Source: Deltaproteobacteria bacterium (GTDB lineage: Bacteria > Desulfobacterota > Desulfobulbia > Desulfobulbales > JAGXFP01). From it: a DNA stretch of 64,000 nt. The first letter of the stretch is position 1; every line of letters begins with the position of its first letter. The DNA is taken from positions 6,197 through 70,196 of the forward strand of contig JAGVGT010000072.1 in assembly GCA_020056965.1 (NCBI GenBank). The letters are read 5' to 3'. The translations under genes and the position numbers were made by a program. The notes beneath the pieces were generated by a model. That model ran no database searches and was not told the origin of the DNA. It saw only the letters and a program-made list of their open reading frames with translations. Of the stretch, positions 26,753 through 34,264 are shown one piece after another.

Positions 26753-26816
26753 GGTGTGTGACTTGGTGTGTGACTTTTCGTAGAAAGTCTGCTAAAGGAT
26801 ATAAAATCTGCTAAAG
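26753..26816. repeat. Iteron-like direct repeats at the upstream end of the islet
   Basis: 'ggtgtgtgactt' occurs twice in tandem (26753-26776). 'tctgctaaag' occurs twice, 19 nt apart start to start (26788-26797 and 26807-26816). Confidence 0.7.
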
Positions 26817-26888
26817 TGTGTAAAATTTATCCTTTTGCTTTCGATAACTTATTGAATTTAGGCATTTATTTAGATGCCTTTGGGCGTG

Positions 26889-26933
26889 TTCCTAATCCTG
26901 GAGTCGTAGGTTCGATTCCTACCGGGGGCACCA
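26889..26933. repeat. attR-like direct repeat (copy of the tRNA-Arg 3' 45 nt)
   Basis: Perfect copy of 22366-22410. It has no matching tRNA 5' half upstream, so it is not a functional tRNA. Confidence 0.9.
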
Positions 26934-27122
26934 AGCGAAAATGTCTGTGGCTGGCGTCGGCGCCGATTGGGCTGGATACTTTACAGTGATTGTTTCTCTG
27001 TCGGATTTCTTTGTTTTAAAATGCCGGGAAATTGATTAGAAACTTAGCAGTTCGGTTGTGCTGGCCGGTTGAACTAGGGCGCCATTTGGTCGGTTCGGTT
27101 TGATTTTCTCGGGGGAGAAACG

Positions 27123-28088
27123 GTGAAACACTATAGTCTACTGGGACTCGTGGTTGTTGTGGGGGTGATGCTACTGGTTCCCCGTCTGGTCTATGCCCAC
27201 AGCGCAACGGGCCCTTGTGTCGATTGTCACACCATGCACAACAGCCAGAATGGTATCATGGAGGATAGTAACGGGCCGCAGGAGAATCTGCTGAAATTAA
27301 GTTGCATCGGTTGCCACGCCCGGACCTTTAATGATTCTACTGGTCGGGCTTCTTCCGCTGGCGGACCGGCTGCCCCACAAGTCGGGCCGTTGGCTGTCAA
27401 CGGAAGTTATCAGCTTTCCGGCGGATACTTTAGCACGACAGCCAATGCAACTACTCATAACGTGGCCGATATTCCGGGTACTGCACCCGACTCGCTAATA
27501 ACGTCTAACAGTGCTCCGGGCGGAACATTTGCCTTGCAAGACGGCGCTAAGCCGAAGTTGCGCTGCAATAGCTGTCACGATTCGGCCATTCGCCATGCCG
27601 CCGCTGGTTCTGAGCGCTTCGGCACAGCCGCTAGTTCATACCGCATGCTGCACGGCACCACGGCCCCCCTGTATGTGAAAGGGACAGGGGCGGCTGATTT
27701 TGAGGCCGGAGCTACGCAGAACCTCTACGATGCCCTCTCCATCAATCGTTTTTGCGCCCTCTGTCATGGCCTTTTTCATAGTCTGACTAACACCGACAGT
27801 ATCGGTGATGGCAACGGGGCCTGGGTACGGCACCCGACCGATGTTTCCACCAGCGATATTATCAACGGCCCTTCGCCCAACTATGAAGGGGGCGATAAGG
27901 TGGTCCCGCTCGGTGACGCTGGGGCTGTTGCGGCGGGGCACACCAATCAGGTGATGTGTCTCTCCTGCCATCGGGCGCATGGGAATGCCAACTCCGACAT
28001 GCTGCGGTTCAATTATAACGTTACAGGCAATCTGGCCGGTGATGTTGCTGTCTCGCAGGGGTGTGAGACCTGTCACGGCGCGAAATAA
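27123..28088 (+). CDS. OmcS-like hexaheme c-type cytochrome (secreted)
   Basis: GTG start with a GGGGGAG RBS, and a signal peptide ending 'VYA'. Six CXXCH motifs (CVDCH, CIGCH, CNSCH, CALCH, CLSCH, CETCH). 'CVDCHTMHNS', 'APGGTF', 'CLSCHRAHG..DMLRFN' and the terminal 'CETCHGAK' parallel G. sulfurreducens OmcS as I recall it. Confidence 0.75.
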   Translation: MKHYSLLGLVVVVGVMLLVPRLVYAHSATGPCVDCHTMHNSQNGIMEDSNGPQENLLKLSCIGCHARTFNDSTGRASSAGGPAAPQVGPLAVNGSYQLSGGYFSTTANATTHNVADIPGTAPDSLITSNSAPGGTFALQDGAKPKLRCNSCHDSAIRHAAAGSERFGTAASSYRMLHGTTAPLYVKGTGAADFEAGATQNLYDALSINRFCALCHGLFHSLTNTDSIGDGNGAWVRHPTDVSTSDIINGPSPNYEGGDKVVPLGDAGAVAAGHTNQVMCLSCHRAHGNANSDMLRFNYNVTGNLAGDVAVSQGCETCHGAK

Positions 28089-28121
28089 CTATTCATTGTG
28101 TTTTCATCTGGTGCGGTTGGC

Positions 28122-28162
28122 TGACCAAAAGCTGGCGCTCGAGGCCAGACGGCTTTTGGTCA
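28122..28162 (+). terminator. Strong hairpin downstream of the cytochrome gene (terminator-like)
   Basis: 'tgaccaaaagc' / 'gcttttggtca' 11-bp stem with an inner 'ctggc/gccag'. No clean T-run follows. Confidence 0.45.
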
Positions 28163-28231
28163 TATGCTATCGGCCATTCTCGTAGCGCCGCCTTCTCCTA
28201 GTCTCAAGGCAATTGGTTGGGGAGATCAATC

Positions 28232-28618
28232 ATGGCTCTATTCGACATGTCAGAGAAGCGGGATCGAACCAGAATCCCGGTTGACGCCAAAGTGATTCTC
28301 CACGCCGAAAACAAGGCTTTTTTCCTTGACGGTACCACCAGGGACGTGAGCATGAAGGGGCTTTTCGCCCGGAGTGATTTCGGGTTTCCGGTCGGGACCA
28401 AGTGCCAGATTGAGATCGTCCTGACCGGCCGTTCCTCGGAGTTGACCATCAAGCTGGGCGGCACCATTGTCCGGCGAGAAAAAGGGGGCTGCGGGGTTTT
28501 GTTTGAGGACGACCTGGAATGGTGGCCGGTATTTGCCATGCATCTTGCCAGTCACGAAAGTCATGGACGGGACTGGAAGTTTCTCGAGACCGGTCTGTCG
28601 GAACTGGATGACGACTGA
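28232..28618 (+). CDS. PilZ domain protein (c-di-GMP binding)
   Basis: 'KRDRTRIP' (RxxxR) and 'DVSMKG' (DxSxxG). I prefer ATG 28232, which has a GGGGAG RBS. Confidence 0.8.
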   Translation: MALFDMSEKRDRTRIPVDAKVILHAENKAFFLDGTTRDVSMKGLFARSDFGFPVGTKCQIEIVLTGRSSELTIKLGGTIVRREKGGCGVLFEDDLEWWPVFAMHLASHESHGRDWKFLETGLSELDDD

Positions 28619-28714
28619 ATTGAATTCGCGCGGCCCCTACTCCTCCTAGTCCATTCTCATCCCGCGCGTTCCTTGCTTAGCCCAACTATTTGAGCCTTCC
28701 TGGCGCCCTGAAGG

Positions 28715-28778
28715 CATCGCAACTGGTCTGGTTAGGAAATCCGCATCCTGGCCAGTTGCGATGTGTTAGTTTTTTTTT
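28715..28778 (+). terminator. Rho-independent terminator after the PilZ gene
   Basis: 12-bp perfect stem 'catcgcaactgg'/'ccagttgcgatg' followed by a T9 run. Confidence 0.7.
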
Positions 28779-28883
28779 GGTGACCATTCTGCAGGTTACC
28801 TTAGTTGCCTGGACGTAAATCCAAGGGCCTGTGCTTCAGAACGGCTCGACCGATCGTGGCTATTCAACGGGGCGAAAATTTAT

Positions 28884-29093
28884 TTACATCCCGCTGACGG
28901 CGCTGAACCACCCTTTGATCAGTCCGATGGGGCTCCCAGAGCCCAGCATAGCGCTGGCCAGGCAAGCAACCGCCCACAGCCCAACCAGGGCCGAAGCCGC
29001 ACCCATGGTGATGATGCTTCCTCTCGATACCGTGTCGATGGCCGCTTTGGAGGATTCCTGGGTTTGTGTCTGGGATTTGCTGGAGGTTGCCAT
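28884..29093 (-). CDS. Small single-TM protein, paralog 1 (hypothetical)
   Basis: 69 aa, with an AGGAG RBS 7 nt upstream. Shares the hydrophobic core 'G.WA.ACLA' with the next gene. Confidence 0.6.
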   Translation of the reverse strand: MATSSKSQTQTQESSKAAIDTVSRGSIITMGAASALVGLWAVACLASAMLGSGSPIGLIKGWFSAVSGM

Positions 29094-29135
29094 TTTCTTT
29101 CTCCTGGAATGTGAAATGGTTTAACTATCTCAATT

Positions 29136-29372
29136 TTAGCGGCCGATAATAGCTGCGGCCAGTTGTCTGATCATGCTTAACGGCCCATCCTGGAAGAAGG
29201 TGTTGGCCAGACAGGCCAGCGCCCAAAATCCTGCAAAAAAGGCGGTTGCTCCAATTATGAACAGGGTGAACTGGTTTACGGTCTCGTTGTTACTACTGGT
29301 GTCCTGGTAAGCCTGCCAGGCGCCTCTTCTCTTCACCCGGGTCAGGGCGGTTTCTTTTTCGTATTCCCGCAT
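29136..29372 (-). CDS. Small single-TM protein, paralog 2 (hypothetical)
   Basis: 78 aa from ATG 29372 (the ORF track extends to TTG 29441). The core 'GATAFFAGFWALACLANTFFQDGP' aligns with paralog 1. Confidence 0.5.
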   Translation of the reverse strand: MREYEKETALTRVKRRGAWQAYQDTSSNNETVNQFTLFIIGATAFFAGFWALACLANTFFQDGPLSMIRQLAAAIIGR

Positions 29373-29688
29373 GATTGGTTTTCCGGTCTGCTTGGTTTTA
29401 TTTTGTGTTGCCGCTGTGAGTTGATGCCAATCCTGTGCCAATAGATGATGCTTCGATAATTCAATTGGTTGCTTGGGCTGTAGATGTTTTTGATGCCATT
29501 ATGGCATGGTGCTTATGTCATTTTGACAAAGCCGCTTTCTGGTCGGCCGGGTGATTTGGTTAAGCGGTCAGGAGGCGACAATCTCCTTGACGGAGTAGCG
29601 CCGATGGGATTATTTGCACGGGATTTTTGACTCCCGCCCCGGTCCGACGATGCCGGTAAATGATGAGTTATCCAGTTGGTGAGATGTC

Positions 29689-29889
29689 GTGAAAACCTTG
29701 GCCGCCCTACTTGGTTTGGTTCTGATCTTTGAGGGGCTGCCCTATGCCACCTTCCCGGAGGCCATGCAAAAATGGCTTAGGCAGCTCCTTGAGGCCCAGC
29801 CGTTTGTGCTCAGAATTATGGGGACAATGGCAGTGTTGGCCGGGTTGCTGATCTGCTATCTTGCCCGCCGCACCTCCTTTCTGGGCTAA
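29689..29889 (+). CDS. DUF2065-family small membrane protein
   Basis: 66 aa with a GTG start. 'LGLVLIFEGLPYATFPEAMQKWL' and a second TM match the DUF2065 pattern from memory. Confidence 0.65.
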   Translation: MKTLAALLGLVLIFEGLPYATFPEAMQKWLRQLLEAQPFVLRIMGTMAVLAGLLICYLARRTSFLG

Positions 29890-29926
29890 ACCGCCGGTTT
29901 CCCACTTCCTGTTTCGAGGTTGAAAA

Positions 29927-31000
29927 TTGTTCGACATCAATGATTATGACTTTCATCTCCCTCCGGAATGCATCGCCCAGCATCCGGCGGTCGAACGTGA
30001 TGAGTCCCGCCTTCTTATTCTCGATAGCCGCAACCACACCCTGACTGACGGCAGATTTAGGGATGTGGCCGGCCTTCTACAGACCGGCGATCTTCTGGTC
30101 GTCAACGACACCAAGGTTTTTCCGGCTCGTTTGGTAGGGCAGAAAGAAAGCGGAGGTCGGGTCGAGCTGTTCGTCCTTGATTTTCCTCGGGTCTTCACTA
30201 ATGAAGGGGGTGAAGCAGGGCAGAGAAAAACCGAGATTTTGGGTCTTTTGAAAAGTTCGAAGGGTGGCAGAGTGGGGGGACGATTGATATTCCCCGAGGG
30301 TTTGTCCGGGGAGGTCCTTGAGGTGTACGCCGACGGGAAGGTCCGGGTTTCCTTAACCTTTACCGGGGACTTCGCCGAGGTGCTGGAAAAGTGCGGTCGA
30401 GTTCCCCTGCCTCCTTACATCCGGCGAGCGGAGGGTGAGACCGCAGCTGACCGGGAACGTTATCAGACCGTTTATGCGCGTGAGAACGGGGCGGTGGCTG
30501 CGCCCACGGCCGGTTTGCACTTTACCGAACCGCTGCTGGAGACCTTGGCTGGTAGCGGGGTGCAGCTAGCCCGGGTTACCCTGCACGTTGGCTACGGAAC
30601 ATTCGCGCCGGTTCGCGACGATGATATCCGGCAACATCGGATCCACCGGGAATATTTTCGATTGCCGGCGGTCACTGCTGAATTGGTCAATCGCACCAAG
30701 GCTGCGGGCGGGCGGGTCTGGGCTGTGGGCACCTCCACAGCCAGGGTGCTGGAGACGGTAGCCGGGTCGGATGGCCTGTTGGAGGCCCAAGAAGGCTGGT
30801 CAGAGCTTTACATCTTTCCCGGTTATCGTTTTAGGGTGATCAATAACCTGATTACCAATTTTCACCTGCCCCGGTCATCGCTGCTCTTCCTAGTCTGTGC
30901 CTTGGCCGGCCGGGAAGCACTGCTGGCGGCTTACGCGCACGCGGTGCTGGATGGGTACCGGTTTTACAGTTACGGTGACGCCATGGTGATTATGACCTGA
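29927..31000 (+). CDS. queA: S-adenosylmethionine:tRNA ribosyltransferase-isomerase
   Basis: 'DYDFHLPPECIAQHP', 'LPPYI', 'RYQTVYA', 'AAPTAGLHFT' and 'FYSYGDAM'. Confidence 0.93.
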   Translation: MFDINDYDFHLPPECIAQHPAVERDESRLLILDSRNHTLTDGRFRDVAGLLQTGDLLVVNDTKVFPARLVGQKESGGRVELFVLDFPRVFTNEGGEAGQRKTEILGLLKSSKGGRVGGRLIFPEGLSGEVLEVYADGKVRVSLTFTGDFAEVLEKCGRVPLPPYIRRAEGETAADRERYQTVYARENGAVAAPTAGLHFTEPLLETLAGSGVQLARVTLHVGYGTFAPVRDDDIRQHRIHREYFRLPAVTAELVNRTKAAGGRVWAVGTSTARVLETVAGSDGLLEAQEGWSELYIFPGYRFRVINNLITNFHLPRSSLLFLVCALAGREALLAAYAHAVLDGYRFYSYGDAMVIMT

Positions 31001-31390
31001 ACTGCTCGGGGGGCCTTGGGGGTTTCGGACAATAGTTCTTAAACAAAGGGAGTTCATGGAAAATTTTACCATCCGCATCGTTGTCCCGGTTTAACTCCGG
31101 CCTGAGGAAAACCATCGCCTATTTCGCCGAACTGCTGGGCAAGAAAGGAGAGAGCAATTCATTATGATTCCCTCTTAGCCCATATTAATCCTTTGCTTAG
31201 TATGGTGACGAAGTGAATCAGCCGGGATCTCACCCGGGAAAATTGTCCTTCCCTTTAACGGCATTGCCCTTATATTAAAGCTGCCCTAAAATATGGCGGC
31301 CTCTGGAGATATGCTGCCCACCGGCATGCCATCCGCCGACCGCTGGAGCCAGTACGGAAATCCCACAATCATCAGCACAAGGACAAGGAC

Positions 31391-31795
31391 ATGATCAACA
31401 AGGCAATTCTCATCGGCAACCTCGGGGCCGACCCGGAAGTCCGTTACACCCAGACGGGCACGGCCGTGGCCAATTTTAACCTGGCTACCACTGAAAGTTG
31501 GACCAAGGACGGCAACAAGGAAGAAAAAACCGAGTGGCACCGGATTGTCGCCTTCGGGCGGCTGGGTGAAATTTGCGGTGAATATCTCTCCAAAGGCTCC
31601 AAGGTTTATATTGAGGGCCGCATCCAGACCCGACAGTGGGACGACAAGGATGGCAACAAACGCTACACCACCGAGATTGTGGCCAGGGAGATGAAAATTC
31701 TCACCCCGCGCAGTGGTGGCGGCACCAGCAGCGGTGGCTACGACGAGGAGCCGCCGCTGCCGGAACCGACCATGGGTGATGACGTCCCGTTTTAG
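31391..31795 (+). CDS. ssb: Single-stranded DNA-binding protein
   Basis: '[20 protein letters not shown]', 'TEWHRIV.FG', a Gly-rich linker and an acidic tail 'DDVPF'. Confidence 0.95.
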   Translation: MINKAILIGNLGADPEVRYTQTGTAVANFNLATTESWTKDGNKEEKTEWHRIVAFGRLGEICGEYLSKGSKVYIEGRIQTRQWDDKDGNKRYTTEIVAREMKILTPRSGGGTSSGGYDEEPPLPEPTMGDDVPF

Positions 31796-32058
31796 GTCAT
31801 CTGCGCCAGCGTAGGCTCTGCCTATCCGGGCGGTGAACGCACCGACACCTCCCCCCTCACATTTCTGCATTGGGATGGGGGAGCGTGCAGACCTGGTTCG
31901 TCAATCTCCCCATCTCCCTTCCCAAGCGAGAAGGCGTTCGGTAAATCCGTTGGTTTCAGCCGGGCCGGATTTGACTGGAGGCCGGACCGTTATTACCAGT
32001 CAAGATGACGGGTTGAATCAAAAAATCAGTAACAACGGGAACAAGCGGGCAACGACCT

Positions 32059-32988
32059 ATGGACTATTACGAAGTGTTGGGGGTGGCAAAGACCTCTTCC
32101 CCGGAGGAGCTCAAGAAGGCGTACCGCAAGCTGGCCCTTAAATACCACCCGGACAAGAACCCGGACGACAAGAAGGCTGAGGAACGGTTCAAGCAGATCA
32201 GTGAGGCCTATGCGGTTCTTTCCGACAAGGAGAAGCGCCAGAACTATGACACTTACGGTGCTGAGGGCTTCCAGCAGCGCTACAGCCAGGAAGATATCTT
32301 CAAGGGCGCCGATCTCAACGATATCCTGCGGGAATTCGGCTTCAACTTCGGCGGCGGGGGCGGCCGCGGCTCTTTTCGGACCTCTCGGGGCGGCGGTGAT
32401 CCCTTCAGCTCCTTTTTTCAGCAGGGCCAAGGTGGCCCCGGCGGTTTTCAGCAAGGGCCGCCGCCCAAGGGCCAGGATTTGAGTCTGGAGTTGCCGATTG
32501 CCCTGGATGAGGTGCTGCACGGGGCGGAAAAGACCATTTCCCTAGGGCGGGGCGGCAAGAGCGACAAGGTTTCGGTGAGAATTCCGGCCGGCATCGAATC
32601 CGGCAAGAAGCTGCGGGTGACCGGCAAGGGCAACCCTTCCCAGTTTGGCGGTCCGCCTGGCGATCTTTATCTGCTGATCAATGTCCTGTCCCACGATCTC
32701 TTTAGCCGCGAGGGAGACGATCTGCTCGTCGATCAGAAAGTCCCGTACAGCAGCATGGTTCTGGGTGGCAAGGTCGATGTTCCCACTCTGGAAGGCAAGA
32801 CCTTAAGCGTCAAGGTGCCCCACGGAACCCAGGCCAATGCCAAACTGCGCTTGAAGGGCCACGGTCTACCCGCCGGCCCCCATGGCCCACGCGGCGATCT
32901 CTTTGTCCGGTTAAACGTGGAGATTCCCAAGAGTCTCGACAAGGAGCAGAAAAAGCTGGTCGGGGAGTTGCAGGAGAAGGGTTTGTAG
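32059..32988 (+). CDS. cbpA: DnaJ-class co-chaperone without zinc finger (CbpA-like)
   Basis: J domain 'DYYEVLGV...[10 protein letters not shown]', a G/F-rich region, and C-terminal DnaJ_C repeats. There are no CxxCxGxG motifs. Confidence 0.85.
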   Translation: MDYYEVLGVAKTSSPEELKKAYRKLALKYHPDKNPDDKKAEERFKQISEAYAVLSDKEKRQNYDTYGAEGFQQRYSQEDIFKGADLNDILREFGFNFGGGGGRGSFRTSRGGGDPFSSFFQQGQGGPGGFQQGPPPKGQDLSLELPIALDEVLHGAEKTISLGRGGKSDKVSVRIPAGIESGKKLRVTGKGNPSQFGGPPGDLYLLINVLSHDLFSREGDDLLVDQKVPYSSMVLGGKVDVPTLEGKTLSVKVPHGTQANAKLRLKGHGLPAGPHGPRGDLFVRLNVEIPKSLDKEQKKLVGELQEKGL

Positions 32989-33000
32989 GGAGGTGGGGGG

Positions 33001-33090
33001 CGGGTTAGCGGCTTTATCGCGTAACCCGACAATTACCCCAAAGCTAGATTGTCAGAAACGTCGGGTTGCGTTGCGCTAACCCGACCTACG
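33001..33090. repeat. REP-like double hairpin element
   Basis: Two hairpins are built on 'cgggttagcg/cgc(g)taacccg(ac)'. They are separated by 'gacaat...attgtc', and the second ends in 'cctacg'. A half copy lies at 52556-52568. Confidence 0.6.
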
Positions 33091-33097
33091 CGACTGA

Positions 33098-33125
33098 ATA
33101 ATAAAGGGCCACCCGGGGGTGGCCC
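33098..33125 (-). terminator. Rho-independent terminator for the carbonic anhydrase gene
   Basis: 'gggccacc cggg ggtggccc', followed on the minus strand by 'tttattatt'. Confidence 0.7.
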
Positions 33126-33150
33126 TGCCGTAACCTAAGGGCTGTGCTTT

Positions 33151-33858
33151 TTAGTGGTGAGCGTGTTCCTCTTCCTCAAGAAGAGAAACCCGACCGCTGG
33201 TCAGGTCATATTTGGCGGCAACCACCTTCACTAACCCGCTTTCAATCCCCTCCCGCACGATCTCACTTTCGTTTTCCATCTGCTCGACCACGTTATGGAC
33301 GTTGGTGACAATGCACGCCTCCTTGCCCTCGAAGTAAGACTCTTCGACCGCCGGGGCGATATCCTTGAGCAGCGAACCAATATTGCCTTCCATGGCGGTT
33401 TCGGGGACGATGCCGGTGGCGGGATCGGCGGCGTCAAAGGTCGCGCCGACCGCGCCGCAGGCGGAGTGGCCAAGGACCATCACCAGACGGGCGCCCAAGT
33501 GCTCCAGGGCATATTCGATGGAACCCAGTTCGTGAGGGGCGACGATGTTGCCGGCCACCCGCACGACAAAAACCTCGCCCAGGCCTTTGTCGAAGATGAT
33601 CTCAGGGGAGAGCCGGGAATCGGCACAAGCGACGATGATCGAGTCAGGATGCTGTCCGGTCGCAACTTCCAGCCGCCGCTTCACGGAGGACATCTTGTTG
33701 AGATTGCTGACATCGGCTTGCTTGGCAAATCCCTTGTTGCCGTCCATCAGGCTGGCCAGGGCCACACGGGGATCGGTGCCGCTACCCATTTCCGCAAACC
33801 CGGCGGCGGCAGTAAACAGAGTGGTGGCCATCACCGCGCTAGCGATCAACTTCTTCAT
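33151..33858 (-). CDS. Beta-class carbonic anhydrase with signal peptide
   Basis: Zinc-ligand motifs 'CADSRLSPE' and 'GHSACGAV', plus an N-terminal signal 'MKKLIASAVMATTLFTAAAGFA'. Confidence 0.88.
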   Translation of the reverse strand: MKKLIASAVMATTLFTAAAGFAEMGSGTDPRVALASLMDGNKGFAKQADVSNLNKMSSVKRRLEVATGQHPDSIIVACADSRLSPEIIFDKGLGEVFVVRVAGNIVAPHELGSIEYALEHLGARLVMVLGHSACGAVGATFDAADPATGIVPETAMEGNIGSLLKDIAPAVEESYFEGKEACIVTNVHNVVEQMENESEIVREGIESGLVKVVAAKYDLTSGRVSLLEEEEHAHH

Positions 33859-34264
33859 TCTTTTCTCCTTTTTCTTTTCTTTTGTTATTTGGTCCCGGCA
33901 GAAAACCGGGGCATCAAGCAGCGTGAGGTAAATCAGACCGATTCAGCTAATCGCAACTCAGCGCTATCAATTACTTCATGTGGCGCGACCTAGCAATATT
34001 TTTTCTGTAAGTGGAGGGAGGTTGGTGCTGGTCAGATTGTTTGCGCTGGCAAGTGCAGTAGCGACAGGGGTGGCTTTATCCTCGGTATTTAAGATGTTAG
34101 CCGTGCCGTACTTGTGGAGATATTATTTAAGGAATCAGGTTGCCTTTGCGGTTGTCTGAGTCAGGTTGTTGCGGTTTTCTGCGGTAGAAGCGGGGAAGTG
34201 AAAGAAAATCCTGGCACGAAGATTGCCGGCCAATAACGGTGGGTCTGTTCGTGAATTTTTCCCG

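Larger units (their letters stand above)
22411..26933. mobile_element. tRNA-Arg-associated genomic islet without an integrase, carrying abiEi-abiEii-AEP/helicase
   Basis: Bounded by 45-bp perfect direct repeats. Spot counts give about 40-45% GC here versus about 60-68% in flanking genes. All three ORFs are on the minus strand. Confidence 0.8.

Noticed and set aside
29494-29516. A 'TGGCAT...TGCT' sequence resembling a sigma-54 -24/-12 promoter, upstream of the small membrane-protein pair.
   Set aside because: The GG-to-GC spacing is 8 nt instead of the required 12. It is also on the strand opposite the small membrane-protein genes.
31056-31094. A 12-codon ORF 'MENFTIRIVVPV' with a GGGAG RBS in the queA-ssb gap. 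It might be a leader peptide or a frameshifted gene relic.
   Set aside because: It is too short to evaluate. The downstream frames give no recognisable protein, and no attenuator-like structure was seen.
34022-34159. A ~45-codon hydrophobic ORF, '(L)VLVRLFALASAVATGVALSSVFKMLAVPYLWRYYLRNQVAFAVV', preceded by GGAGGGAGG, in the carbonic anhydrase-umuC gap.
   Set aside because: It has only non-ATG starts (TTG/GTG) that abut the RBS with almost no spacer. I have no conservation evidence. It could be worth a tblastn check but is too weak to call.
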